Shown piece by piece: positions 29,698 to 44,239 of a DNA stretch of 64,000 nt. How positions within the stretch are numbered: the stretch's first letter is position 1; the number at the start of each line of letters is the position of its first letter. The stretch covers positions 26,288,001-26,352,000 of the forward strand of contig CM022673.1 of the NCBI GenBank assembly GCA_012295275.1, in the 5' to 3' direction. The notes below the pieces were generated by a model. That model ran no database searches. It saw only the letters and a list, made by a program, of their open reading frames with translations, and was not told the DNA's origin. A program made the position numbers and the translations under genes. This DNA is from Chrysomallon squamiferum. Lineage: Eukaryota > Animalia > Mollusca.

Positions 29698-30349
29698 GTA
29701 TCTGGCAATATGTCGCCCGTTCCTTCACATGAGGATGAAAATCGACGTCACCGTTCTCATGATCACCATCTGCTGGCTGCTTCCGGCGATCGGCTGGGTC
29801 CTGCCGATGTTGATCTTCAACTGGGCCTACATCGGCGTCGAGGACTACGTGACGTGCCTGTCCGAAGACGCCTGCCCCTTCATCGTCAACATCACCTTGA
29901 ACCTGGTGGACTGCATACCGGGCTTCTTCATTCCTTCCGCCGTCATGTTAGTCTGCTACTGGCGCATCTTCGTGGCGGCGAAGAAGCACGCGAGGGCGAT
30001 CAGAGACGTCAGCCACCACCAGGAAGCCGACACCCAGTACGGCAGCGCGGCGTCGAAGATCTTCAAGAAGGAGACGAAGGCGGCGTTCACGCTGGGGATC
30101 GTTATAGGCTGCTTCTTCGTCTGCTGGTGTCCGTTTTTTCTTACCTATCTCGTGGACGCTTTGATCAGCTACCGAGTGCCCGTGATCATGAAGCTGATTG
30201 TTCTCTGGCTCGGCTACCTGAACTCCACGATGAACCCAGTTTTGTATTACATCAGTAACAAGGATTTCAAAATAGCCTACAAGATGCTTTTTGGCTGCAA
30301 AATCCAACAGAGCCTCTTGGAGACCAATTATGAAGCGCGAAACAGCTGA
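29698..30349 (+). CDS. Aminergic class A GPCR, coding exon 2 (end of TM3 to C-terminus)
   Basis: Acceptor TTGTTGTTTCAG|G at 29697/29698 completes the Arg codon of DRY (AG+G, then YLAICRP). TM4 W, TM5 LVDCIPGFFIP, TM6 KETKAAFTLGIVIGCFFVCWCPFF, TM7 LWLGYLNSTMNPVLY, helix 8 NKDFKIAYKMLFGC, stop TGA at 30347-30349. Spliced, frame-corrected product is 343 aa from ATG 17866. Confidence 0.93.
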
Positions 30350-31937
30350 TGTCATTTGAAGAAATAAAATAATTTAAAAAAAATAATAATAATAATAATA
30401 AAAAAAAGACTTTTTGGGCTAAATCTAGTGCACGTCATCACTTTACGACGACTATCATCGACTGTGAGAATCGTTGGTATTGTTGTTATTGTTGCAGACG
30501 TCTGCTGAAGGTTTTTGTGTCATTAACGGCAGATACGACAATTCAGGAAAATGGCGGCCTCCGCCATTGTCGCAGATGATGTCTTCAAGACGAAATCAGA
30601 TTCATTGTGAAGAAAAAAAAGTATAGATCGGCTAAAAAAAAAAAAAAGGAGGAAATACGCCAGTGTTGGAACCCATGCTGTATCCATGTTCGTACGTCAA
30701 ATATAGAACACACAATACGAAAACTGTAAGTCATTACCATGGCGGATATTAAAGGCCTTGTTACAAAGTGCTCCAGCAAGGTGCACTTTCTAAGAAGTCT
30801 GCTGGTAGAGTTTGAAGGAAAACGTCAGAAACAAACAATAATAATAATTTAAAATAATGTCAGCCGATGAATCATAATTCACTACTTCAAATATGTAGTA
30901 TTTGCGTCATGGTTTATTGTTTGAGAGCATCCATTCATATTTCATACTGCACAAACATGCACAAGTTAAAACTGTTGAATATCCACTTAATTCTGTTAAT
31001 GTAATGTATTAGCTAAACACGTTTTCTTTACATTTTTTAAAAGTCTGATAAAGCGAGTCATTAAAACTCGCGTTTATTTTAGAAATATGTTGATTACTAA
31101 CTGAAATTAGTTTTCGGAGTTTAAAACCTTGCATTGCACTGCCAGATTCACCAAGTACAACTATAGGGCGTTTTTCTTCTTTTTAAATATAAATGGTTAA
31201 CGGAATTAAAAAAGAAAAAGTTTTGAACGTAAATTAACGTTATTCCTATATATTTATTTGCTTGTGAAATAAATCACAACAAATACCATTTTATATTTTT
31301 TTTTTTTTTTTTTTTTTTTGTTGATCAAATGAATAACAGAACTGTTCTGTGTAAATGCAATATGTTTGGCACTGTTATTGATGATACCTGAAAAATGTCA
31401 ACCAAGCCCGGTTTCGTCCTAATGCTGTCAAAAAACCTGAATCAAATTCTGTTTTATACAAGAGCTCCCCGAAGACGTAAACCAAATTCTGTTTCACTGA
31501 TGTTAATTTTCAGGTTGTTGCTCTGATATACAGTGGTACTTATTAATTTTATAACGACTAGCAAGAATTATGATCAAAAACTGTTTATGTGATGATTGGT
31601 GCTATCTGTGTAATAAATGTTGTAACAATTACTGTTTGGTTTAGTAACCTCATTGGTAATAATAATAATAATAATAATAATAACAACAACAGCAACAACA
31701 ACCACATCAACAACGTTGATAATAATAATAATGATGATGATGATGATGATGATGTTCACGATACTCCTACAATTTATACTAATAAACGTAACCACCACAG
31801 TTGTATTAATATTAATATTATAATAACAATAAAGTATCTTTTGGTAAATCACTTGATGCCATATTTTCCATAACATGGAAAAATACGTGAATCTTATGAT
31901 GTTCCGAAGAATATTTTATGATAGTCTTTACAGTTTG

Positions 31938-31968
<31 letters not shown>

Positions 31969-33045
31969 GAAACGACGAAAAATATTTGTAAAAGCTTTTA
32001 GAAAGAATATTTCCCAAAATCCGCGTTCTCTGCTACATTTATCTGCCATTAACTTTAATATAACGCAACAGACGAATACCAAAAATGAAATTATCTTTGA
32101 ATTCATCACCCAACAACAACAACAACAAAAAAAATCACTTAACTTTTATTTTCAGACTAAACAGCGAATCGTCTGTAAATAAGATTACATGGAACATTAA
32201 TCTGTTTTCAAGAAGCGTATTTAATAATGTAGGAAGCGATGTAATTAACACTGTCAATGAATCTCAATTGTATTCCTCCGAGGACGTCAGGCAGACCTGC
32301 TCTTGTTGGGCTCTTCATTTGCATGCGTCAACTGTCGCTTTCAGATTCACGAATGTAAAAGTATTTTCACGTGTTTGTCAGAAATCTCTGTTGTGGTTTT
32401 TTTTTGGTTGTTTTTTTTGTCGTGTTTTACTCTGTTGCTGTTTTGTTGGTTACTGGTTTGTTTTCATTTTATTACTGTTATTTTATTTGTTTGTTTGTTT
32501 GTTTGACTATTTTTAATTGTATTTGTTTGTTTATTTGTTGTTGTTGTTTGTTTTGTTTTGTTTTTTTTTTTGTTTATTTATTTTGTTTCATTTTATTTTA
32601 ATGTTTTTGCGTTCTTTATTTACTTATTTATTTATTTTTTTTTTTTTTTTTTTTTTATATTTATTTCCTATCTTTAATTTGTTCTAGATAATCGAAAATT
32701 TTTAATTATTCTATTTATTCATCTGCTTTAATTGGTTTTCAGTTTGTCTTACATATATGAATCAAAAACCATACAAAAATAAACTAAAGTTCGTCAGCCA
32801 AATAATTCTGTCTTGGTCACTCAAAGCATGATTCTGTTTAGTCTGTCATTGATAGTAATAAGTGACAGTAAGAGAGGACAGGGGAAGTAACGAACTTTGG
32901 GCTCCCCAAAAAGCTCTGAATAGGAACACTTACGAGAATCAATCATTAACACAAATAATTTTTTACATAGCATAAAATTCAGAAAGATAGAGCATAATAA
33001 GTTCTAAACTTTCAAACAAAAAAAAAAGTATTTAGCACTAAGAAT

Positions 33046-33114
33046 GTATCGAGATTTGATCACCGATCCTACTAGTCTTAAAGCCGGGAGCTTAATCACT
33101 GGTCCATAATGCCC
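33046..33114 (-). mobile_element. Degenerate tRNA-derived SINE head
   Basis: Minus strand reads GGCATTATGGACCAGTGATTAAGCT...GGTGATCAAATCTCGATAC: A-box-like and B-box-like motifs at tRNA-like spacing, without a full cloverleaf. Confidence 0.35.
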
Positions 33115-33402
33115 TGTTTTCGACGACCGCCAGTTGTCGAAGCTTCTTCCCGCGATCAACAAGTACTTCTTGTTTCACGGCTGGTGGGCCAGATAAGAAT
33201 TCATTGCGCTGTTACATGTCATTGCTTATTCGTACTGACAAGAGGAAGCTGTGTACATCTCTGATAGTGTGTTTAATGTTTATATAATTACAAGCCTTGA
33301 TGAATGCCGAATGAAATTTTCAACGGTTTTTGCTAAGAAACGATCTCTGATAGTAGATCTAAAGATGCTTTGTAGCAGATTATCTCAAAATTGTTGTTAT
33401 TC

Positions 33403-33441
<39 letters not shown>

Positions 33442-33833
33442 GTTTACTGCCACTTATAGGCAAGACTGTTCCAATTACTGAATGAAACTACAAAAATTTA
33501 AAATTTATTAGTGTTGTCTTGGGGTTTATAGTCATATGTAATAAGTTTATAAATAGGAAATTGAAAAAGAAATTAGTATTTATTTTAAGTCAGTTATTAT
33601 CAGATTATGAAAAACGACAAAATCATTTCGAATGTATCATCGAGTCATAATGTCTTTCTCTTATAAATATAAAAATAAAACATACACATCTAAATAAATC
33701 ATTATTATTATTATTACTATTATTATTACTATTACTATTACTTCTACTACTACTATTCCGGTTAACAAGTTTTGTTATTATTATTATTATTATTATCATC
33801 GTCATCTTCTTCATCATTATTATCTTCATCATT

Positions 33834-33923
<90 letters not shown>

Positions 33924-34532
33924 GCAAGAGATTTTATTTGTTTTCTAACGAGTGTTTATTCGGTTGTGTTGTTTTGTTTATCTTATTTTACTCTGTTCGC
34001 GGATCGGTCACGCGAGTGCAGTCTTTACGCGATGCTGGACTCGTCCACGCGTTAGATGTTAGCGGGTCATCTTTAAATCAGTTTGTAAATTACCGTCTCG
34101 AGGAAAAATGTCGCCCGTAGACTACAACTCACCAAACTGATTTATAGATGACCTTTTGCCCTTTCTTGGGTCACATTTCTCTGCCAGTAGTAACAGAAAT
34201 AATATTCAACAAAAATAAATATGATAAAACGGAAACGAGGTTGTTCGCTTCGGTTTAGCAGATCTTTGAATATAACGTTTATCAAACCAAACTGAAAAAT
34301 TTTGACGAAGAAAAATAATTCCTTCGTTGATTTTATTCATTTTAATCACAAATAAGAATTCAGAGATGAATGTTTTATGCGGCATAGCGAAAATAATCAA
34401 CTCTTTCTTTTTCTTTTTTTTTTCCTTGGGTGGGAGGGTATCTTATAAGTTATATAGGCTACTACTGTTGGGAATTTGCCGGTCATAGAAGTCATAAATA
34501 ACTAGTGATTTACAAACAAGGACACCTTAGAC

Positions 34533-34809
34533 CAGGCATGGGCAACCTTTTTCAAGATTCGGGCCACATGAAACATGGTTATCATCCTCAGGCAGGTTGC
34601 AGGTACTAATTTAGGCGATTTTGTGTTTTTAACGTAGAATTTATTTTAAGAAATTTTTCATTTTCATGTACTTCAGGAACTGTTATAATAAAAAAAAAAT
34701 TACATGTGTTTTAGTATATTAGAAGGTACAATATAGACTCATTTTATAAAATTTGAATTATTGTTATTTTCCTTCTGAAACTGGGCGGGCCGCAGTTTGC
34801 CCAGGACTG
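34533..34809. mobile_element. Non-autonomous hAT (Charlie-like) MITE, 277 bp
   Basis: Imperfect TIRs CAGGCATGGGCAACC / GTTTGCCCAGGACTG (12/15 match), GGGCCAC/GGGCCGC subterminal motifs, AT-rich core, TSD-like flanks CCTTAGAC / TCTTAAGAC. Confidence 0.7.
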
Positions 34810-36263
34810 TCTTAAGACATCGTAGTCGGAATCACGTGGACAAAGATTTATCTCCCTTCCTCGGTTTTCCGGTAACGTGGATCAGCTTCTGTATCTTCTT
34901 TCTGTTTTTTCCATTTACCATTATTTCCGTTTTCTTTTATCTTTATTTTATTTACTGATTTATTACTATTATTTTTTTTTTTTTTCCTTTGTTATGTTGT
35001 TGTTTTTTATAGCTATTTTATTATTATTATTATTATTTTTTTTTTTTTTTTTTTAACTACATCGTTGAAATCTAGTACCAAACCAATGTCTAACGAGCGA
35101 TTTGTTTTAAAGTTATTACTCGATTCTGCGTGTGGGGGGTTGTTTTTAAAACAGATTTTATCGTTAAATAAAACTGTACTTTAGCGACAATGAAGGATTA
35201 CAGACTGATATGACTCTTTATACTCCTTTCACGTAACCAGTTCGGTTGATTCGTTACAGCTGCTTTATAGAATCATTGTAAAGAAACAAAACCAATTACA
35301 TGTAATTTTACATATATGTGTTTATGATTAAACTAACAGTGTTGATACTAATTTCTCATTACTAATTGCTGCTATATATTTTTGTAGATATTTATTAAGA
35401 TATAATATACTGTTACGTATTGAATTTCTGTTACTGATTAAGAAATTAAGATAACTGTCATATTGATACTTTTTACATATAAAACGATGTTTTTTTACCC
35501 GTCTTCTTGTGTATAAATGTTTTATAATTGTGTGTGAGCTAAGGATAAATAAATAGTGTTAAAAATAAATTGTGTTATTTTCACGTATATTTATCTACAT
35601 TTATATTTATCTATCTCTCTGTCTAACTATCTGCACGTCTGTTTGACTGCCTGTCTAGTTGTCTAACTGTCCGTCTATCTATCTGTTTATCTGTTTATCG
35701 GTCTGTCTTTCTGTCTGTCTACCAATTTTACTTCTTATCTACATATAACATTTTTATGCCCATTTTATGAGAAGAAAAAAAGATACACATTATTTAAACG
35801 ACTGAAATTAATAATTTCAAGTTTGTACATTCCTTTGATTTCATTTGCTGGTTGAAATAATACGATGCTGTGTCACCTAGCAATCGGAAACAATTGAAAA
35901 TTCAAAAAAGATTTTCTCTAATGACTTTATTTTAGTCCTGTTAAACATGCGTGAAGTGCCTGGATCTAAAATTACTTAACCGATCCATGTTACAATATAT
36001 CACCACTCTGTATCTATGACAACCATTGTTTACTCTTAATGAGGAATGAAAAAAAGAGAAAAATTAAAGAAAATAGTATAGTTTTTTTTTTTAAATCGAA
36101 TCGTTCGGTAATTTCAAGAAGAGAGAAATGCAGAGCTTGTCAATGAGATCAGAAAAAAAAAGAAAAAAAAAAGTTTCGTCTTCAGATTCAACAATGAATA
36201 GTTTTGACTTTGTTTTGTCTCCGTTTTCATTAAATTATATTGTTCTTTTTTTTTTTTTTTTCA

Positions 36264-36294
<31 letters not shown>

Positions 36295-36452
36295 TACATT
36301 TTCATGACATAAAATAGAAGAAAAAGTCAATTAATTAATGTTTGTAAAGAAGATAAATGCTGCACTAAATTTGTTCGAACTTATGGAGTGCAAAAAGACT
36401 AGAACTATATATATCCTTTATAAATAAACGACGACTACTATAAATTAAAAGC

Positions 36453-36511
<59 letters not shown>

Positions 36512-36527
36512 TTGTTGTAATCTTCTT

Positions 36528-36569
<42 letters not shown>

Positions 36570-37353
36570 AAAACTAAAAAAAAGAAAACAAAAACAAAAT
36601 AATTAAAATGTGATTATACTCTTAACCATTCACTAATTTTGCATGTTATATTTAGAAAAATGCACGTCTGCACGTTGTCTAACACTTCGACTGCAGCACA
36701 TTCTATAAATACGTGACAAGACACGGCGGTATGATTTATGAAATGCTAATTCTCAGGAGATGCTAGTTAATCTTCATAAATAATTAAAAATATAAACGTC
36801 TGCACGATGCAAACAGGATTTTACCCAAACTAATTATTTGTTCATTTACGTAAAAGCTTTGGAATCAATTTTAACGGTATTTGCTTTCCAAGAGTGCACT
36901 ACCCTTGAACGAGCATGTATTTTAATGACGATCTTTGTTACCAAAGTTTCTGTCTCGTTACATCCGTACACTAACGAAGTGTAAATAGTGCACACACAAA
37001 AAAATGAGTGTCTGCGAATTTCAGTCATTACAAGAAAGAAAATAATTTATGCACTACGTTAAATTCTTCATGAGAAACCGAGCCGAGAAATAATAGACTG
37101 TTTCAGCATCAAAGAAATCTCTGGTGATGCGCATCATTGTGCTGTATTGTTTTCGCTCGATGACGTCTTAATCTAGGGTCGTGTGCAATGAGTACGTGTG
37201 TTTGTTCATGTTTATATTTGTGTGTGTATACGTGTATGTATGTATGTGCGTACGTACGTGTTTGTGTTTACTACATTCAACATTTTTTAACAAAAGAGAA
37301 ACAGACATATGGTCATCCACATTTCTCTGTTATGAAAATTTCAATGTATATTT

Positions 37354-37386
<33 letters not shown>

Positions 37387-37544
37387 GAAAATTATACATC
37401 ATATTTATGATTCAAGAGTAAAAGTGATATAAGGAAAAGAACAACCAAAATTTTTAAAATAATGTAATATTTGTTCTCATATTTGTATTAATACCATAGT
37501 ATTTCAGTTGTTTGCATTTTACCATCCATGGCTTTAATTCTGAT

Positions 37545-37578
37545 TTTTTTTTTTTTTTTTTTTTTAAAAAAAAGAAGG

Positions 37579-37658
<80 letters not shown>

Positions 37659-37670
37659 AAAAAAGAAAAC
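37545..37670. repeat. Poly-T followed by a very long poly-A tract
   Basis: Directly visible; gives rise to spurious poly-K/poly-F ORFs. Confidence 0.93.
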
Positions 37671-38127
37671 CTTGCCGAAATTTTGCAAAGCTAATAGGAC
37701 ACTGAATTATGAAAAGGCCTTCGTGCATTGAAGAAATAACTTAATCAGTAATGTCAGTAATTATAATACCGTGTTCCCAGGCTATAAACACGTGTTCGTA
37801 TTAAGAGACTCAAGTTATTCGATATTTAGTGACTGCAGTATACTGGTACTAATACACAGTGTACTGTCTGATATACAAATGGCACAGATAATTGCTCAGG
37901 ATAAAGATTTTCATGCAATATGCACAAATGGAATTATAGTAATTAAATTAAACATTTTTCTTGTACTTGTATTTAAAAAAAATTAATTCGAAATATTTTT
38001 GTGAGGTGGGAGTAGAATTTGGTGTGTTAATGATTATTATAATGTGTATTGTTGTGTTGTTTTTGTTTTTATTGTTTTTTTTATTATTATTATTATTATT
38101 ATGTATTTATTTATGTATTTATTTATT

Positions 38128-38175
<48 letters not shown>

Positions 38176-39135
38176 TTAATAAATTAGTCGCGGGGATAAG
38201 TTAGAATGGGAAATAATAATTTAAAATAAGCAGAGTTACAATTATTATATTGTCACGAAAAGGTTTCTACTGAAAAATTACTAATAAATTTATTAGTAAT
38301 ATTTAATCCAATCACAGTTCTTAATCTACATGGTAGGGGGCGCTGCCTTAGGGCGTACAAATATTACTGTCAATTTTCTCGTTGTATTCGGGATTCGATT
38401 ACCTAAATTAAGTTAATGTTATAAAACAAACCGAACTGGGCCTATTGGAATTCCTGTTTGTTTAGCTGTTTTACATGATAAGAATATGGTTTTATAAATA
38501 GCAGATTCTGTTAACTGAATCCTTTCATTTTTAGATGAAGACACCAGAAGGGTAAACCGGTATTTTACTGTTGTAATCATACTAGTTAATTTAACTTTGA
38601 ATACATAATAAACTTTTAAAGAGAGCAACAATATACGTCAGCAAAAAAATGAATATAATAAATTAAAATAAAATAAATAATATGACGGTGCCCTCTTTAA
38701 AAAAATAATAAAATATAAAAAATAAAATGAAATAAAATAAGAAGAAGAAGAAGAAGAAGAAAGATATAGAGAAAAAAAAAGGAATTAAAATCAGTAATGA
38801 ACTTACACCAATTATTATTAGGAAATAAATCATAGAAAACAAATGAGATTAATAACATCTGACCAATTCTTGCAAATGCATCCTCTTTGTACATTAGTTA
38901 ATTCTGAGTAAAACACATTTGAAAAAAAATTAATCTTGTTGCTCGACAGTGATAGAAAAAAAAGTTATTTAGTTATGCATAAAGTACTTCTATTGTATAT
39001 TTGTGGTTCACTGTGTTCCACATTGATTTATCAATGCCATCTCTAATGAAACATTTTGATCGTGACAAGGCGGTTCATAAAAAGAATCGGTGACGAAACT
39101 GTTTTCTACTCGGTTGAAAATGAGTACAAATGAAT

Positions 39136-39172
<37 letters not shown>

Positions 39173-40198
39173 TCTAGGAAAAAAGTCGCAGAAAAAAAAA
39201 AAACTCGAGGAAAATACCCAATTTTTAATTAAGAAATATGTTAACAGGTTTTTTTGTTAATGTTCTTTGATTTTATTATTCTGTCACCGAGTTGTGTATT
39301 TTGGACGTGGGTTTGATCTGGGGCGTGGTTGTGGGGTTGAACTGGTTTTTACTGCTCTCTCTGTAAGTCTGTTATCACAGAACCTCGACAGTTACAACTA
39401 GATCTTGTGACGTATTTCCACCACAACTTTGTGTTGCGAGTTGCACGTTTGGTATACATGAACCCATCATAACAGATTGTGTTACCTCCCTTATTCCATA
39501 TTAAACATACTTCTGATACTAGAGCAAGCTGGAGAATATATAGTGAAACACATTTTAACCTGGGACATTTTATAAGTCATTTACAATAGGAAGCCCTTAG
39601 TTTAAATCTCTCATAATGAATAAGCTAGACCCAAGCATCAACCCTGCACAATCTGAAGACTCTTTCTTTAATCTAGCCTAAGTGACCTAATCAATACGTT
39701 TAACAATTACACCATGCATACTATGATGCCACTTTCGATACTGTAGAAACCCGTACATTTTGTTATATAAAAACTGTGACTCTTTTACCTTTGATTTGTT
39801 TTCCTATACTAAACTGTAACTTTTTTTTGTGACTTTTTTTCCTATCACTTTTTATTTTATTTTTATTATTATTTTTTTTTTTTTATAAATAACAATTCAC
39901 CCTGTATTTGAAGAAGGCTATTACAGGATACAAGAAATACATCAGTTTTTCATCAAGCCTTTTTGCTGGTGTTATTGTTGCTGCCGTTGCCTCTTATAAT
40001 GAAATAAATTTCATTTAGAAACACTAATGTCCACCTCTACTTTCATCAAGTAAATGAAAAGAATGAAAAGAACGATTTGTATACAAATATTTATTTATTA
40101 TTATATATGAATTCTGTAGCAATATATAATTTTGCAATTAAATTAAACAACATACAGTAAATCTGGATTATTAAACACACACAAAAACGCACATGTTT

Positions 40199-40255
<57 letters not shown>

Positions 40256-41354
40256 CGTAAGGAGATATGGAATGGTTAAACGGTAAAAAATTAATTACAA
40301 AACAATAATAATAATTATTATTATTATTATTAAAAAATAAATAAGAAAGCCATTTTAATTTATTCTTGACAAAACGGAATATTTTTGAAACTGTCAATAA
40401 ATCTTTTTTACAAAATATCCATTCTGTGTATATCGGTGATAAATAACAAATGTCTAAATCATAATGTTAAAAGTTATGATCAACTTTTTCTGTTAGAAGA
40501 AAGAGTTGTATTATTCATCAAACATTAAGACTTCGACTAAAAATGATATAAATTTGTACGAGGTTAAACATACTATATGAGGTAATTTGTTTTGTTTTTT
40601 TATTATTATTATTGACAGAGTATTCCGTTTTCCCGATATAAAATACTTCAACATTTCGGTTATCTCCCTTAGATAATATTCGTATCTACTTCTAATATTT
40701 AAAAATTCAGTGATTAATATAATAATGAAATTATTTATACACGTCTATTTATAAATATCTCAGATATGAATAAATAATAACAAGTTTTATAATTATATTG
40801 TCAAGGCACTGAAATGGATTCTAATTATAGTAACAAAAATAATTTTTGCAAACGATAATTTCTGAGTGTCTGCGTGCTTGTGTTTCTGTGCATGTATGTA
40901 CAAATTTTCAGTCACATAATTTCACCAGTGCATCACAATTCAAGTGCTTAATGATTATATATTGTAGTATTCTTATCTTTAGGAGGAGTAATTATATTCT
41001 TGTTTAATGTCACTTTAAAATATTTGTAAATCTATCACAAAAAATTTCGTTTCAAAAGCAAGTCAGAAGTATTGTAAAAATATCATTATTTATTGAATTA
41101 TTATTGTTATTATTGTTGTTGTTGTTAATTAAATAATTTTATTTCGTTTACTGAAAAAACATTCGAAAATAAAAACAGGTTATTACTTAGCTTCTTTTAT
41201 TTTTTGGCAAAATTATTTTTGCACATAAAATGTTAAGATTTCTGGGGGTAGGTTTTGTTGTAGTTTGTCAGGGTTTTGGGGGAATGGTTGAGGGAATTAT
41301 TTAGCAATCAAAATCAGTTACTAATACTTTTTAAATTATAGCTGACTATCATTA

Positions 41355-41391
41355 TCACTCTTCTGCTCCTGAACTTTCATCACCATGGGAA
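41355..41391 (-). CDS. Possible short terminal exon of the minus-strand gene (SSHGDESSGAEE*)
   Basis: Candidate donor GCAAG|GTCAGA at 42238/42237 and acceptor TTTTTTCAG at 41392. A small, less AT-rich island that ends in TGA TAA TGA TAG in the spliced frame. Confidence 0.45.
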
Positions 41392-41957
41392 CTGAAAAAA
41401 TAAATCAAAATATCATATACAATTATAGTTCACGAATGTAAACTGACACTCAAACTGTGGGCTATTAAATATTTATAGATAATTATTATTTTACATTTTC
41501 ATGGATATAAATAAAATAATAATTGTAATATTTTATTTAAATATTAATTATGTTGTGATTTTTAAAGTTAGTTAAATACTTATTATTACATTATTAATGA
41601 CATGGTATAAAAACAAAAGATTAAATTAAAACAGGATATTTGTTCAGTTTATTTATTAGCAAAATGAACTTAAAAAATATAAAATATTTAGAAAAAAGTT
41701 AAAAAACAGGGACAAGTTTAAATCTTGATCCTGAGAAAATGTAATATGTTTATGACTGAGTGCACATTTGTTAGGATATAGTGAATATATAAATATAGCA
41801 CGGATGTATTTAGTTATAAAATAAATGTGATAAATGTAACTTTTTTTTCACATTGGTCAAATGTTTCAGTAATATATTTAATTTTAATCAATAAGTATTT
41901 TAATACTTTTAATACTGGAATGAGCTAATGATATTGTGTTTTTCATTATCAGAACTG

Positions 41958-42022
<65 letters not shown>

Positions 42023-42221
42023 TAAGGCTTGTTAAAGTGGAAATGCATTATTTAAAATTTTAATGTATAAATAATAAATGAGTTAAATGTACATGTTTGT
42101 ACAAACAAAAAATTAAAATCTATGAGAATAAACTGCTATTTGGTACATTGTTCCCAAACATTATTTCTCTTTAAATTACTGTTTATAAAATATATTTCTC
42201 TTTTTTACAGTGATACATAAT

Positions 42222-43539
42222 TCAAATAGCATCTGACCTTGCAGTCAAACGTGACTGAAATGAAACTGGCTGTAATCCGTTTGGTCCATATATTTTCATG
42301 GTTGTTTCATCAGAATGTACATGATGACCATTAACAGTCACTAAGTCTCTGGACTCATATCCATTCACTTCCAGTGTCTTCATATCAGCAGTGACTACCG
42401 CAGGGATGTCTCTGTGATCTCCCACCTTGATGTGAGCAGCCATGTTTGTTTTGGCAGGAGAAAGTCCATTGCTGGAATCGTCCTCATCACTCGAATAATA
42501 CACAGGATTGGTTTTTAGTTTTGGTTTGTCAGGAACAGGCGGCTGTGTTTTCAGTTCTTCCTTCACAAGTTCACTTTTAGCACTGTGTTTAAAGTCCTCC
42601 AGGAGTTTGGGAAACATTGGTTTTTCAGCAGGATTAATTAAATTGTTGCATCCGTAGCCCAGGTAACTTTGTTCATTTGACGGGTAGACCCCGAGAGGAA
42701 CTTTTTTCAAATAACCCACCTGGGCTTCTTCGACCGAACTGGCTGCAAATACTTTTGATAAATCTGGTCCAACTGCTGCTCCTGCGGACATAGCTTTCAC
42801 ATCAAATGGAGAGGGAACGTTTATGGAGTTGAGCAGATATGCCCACTGGTGGGTGGTCGATGGTGGCTGTATTCCGTTCATCTTCATCACATTACTGAGG
42901 TAGTTGATGTCAAATGAATTTAAGTTTGGAACATTTCCATTGATATGAGGAACATTCATGAAAGGCATTGAAAAATCCTGTGGATAGGGTGCAGGGTTCA
43001 CACCAGATGAAATAGCTTGATGTTGGTTCAAACCAGGGTGGTTGAGTCCATTTATTGCAACGGAGTTCATGACTTGAATCCTTCCTGGTGCAGGCAGTGC
43101 TGCAGCTGAGAGTGATACTCCATTAAAGGCCTGTGATTGTTGCTGTTGTTGCTGCAGAAATTGTAACTGCTGCTGCAAACGAGCAGTCTGCAATCGCTGC
43201 AGCTGTTCTTGGTTTTCAAGTGTTTTTAATCGTTGTAGTTCTTTTTCCATCTCTAACTGACGTATTTTTTCCAGTTCTATTTGGTGCTCTTTTTCATGTA
43301 TCTTCTCAGATATCAGCTCTTGTATTTTTTCTGTATCCTTCTGAGATCTGAACTTCTTCTTGCTGTGTATTTTTGTCGTTGTCATTTCTTCTTCGTCCTG
43401 AGAATCTTCAAAATTACTTTCCTTGTTCCCATTGACATAGCCCAGTTCTGTTTCTGTCATGTTTCCTGATGATCCAGACAACCTCACATCCTCTGCAGAA
43501 TCATCTTCATTAAACTCCGCAGTCTGGTATATGGATTCT
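42222..43539 (-). CDS. Same protein, coding exon 2 (acidic segment, Q/E-rich coiled coil, N/P-rich low-complexity tail)
   Basis: Acceptor TTCTTCTCCAG|A at 43540/43539 is phase-compatible with the exon 1 donor (AG+A = Arg, then ESIYQ), giving a 700 bp intron. Open to TGA at 42224-42222; joined CDS is 3594 nt = 1197 aa plus stop. Confidence 0.85.
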
Positions 43540-43709
43540 CTGGAGAAGAAAAACCCCACAAATAAAAAGATACATTTTATTAAATTAAAGCTCTTATATT
43601 ATAAACAAAACAACAACAAAAAAACTCAAATAAATAATGATTTTTATTTTTTATTTTTCTATTATTATTTAATATATATATTTATTTATTTATTTATTAT
43701 GGTTATTAC

Positions 43710-43791
<82 letters not shown>

Positions 43792-44239
43792 TAGATTTCC
43801 AATTTATGACAGCAAGGTATAACAGTATAACAATAAATTCATCATGTTGTTTATTTACTATAAAGTCATTTTGTAAATGCTTAATTCGTGGTTATTTTAA
43901 GATTACATTTTAGGATGTTTATGATTAAACTAACTTTAAGATGCAAATTTTTTCAGTACTATTTGTTGCCTTTTATATTGTTTAGGTGTATTCTGTTGAA
44001 AATTCTTTGAATAAATACCAGAAATTAATCTACAACCTTCAGAATAAGATAAAAAAAATCATAATTTAAAACAAAAAATATTCAAGTTCTTTTTCATGTT
44101 TAGCATAGATCAAAGATATTTTACCAAAATTAATATTAGTAAATTTATTTTAAACAAGTTTGTTCATTCACAAAGAAGATGATTTTTTTTATTCAATTGA
44201 TGCTTATTTTACAAATAAACTAAAAATACAATAAATTAC

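Noticed and set aside
33046-33114. Functional tRNA gene
   Set aside because: Degenerate A/B boxes and no complete cloverleaf; kept only as a possible SINE head.
37488-37731. Poly-Lys/poly-Phe ORFs
   Set aside because: Homopolymer tracts whose lengths may be inflated by sequencing.
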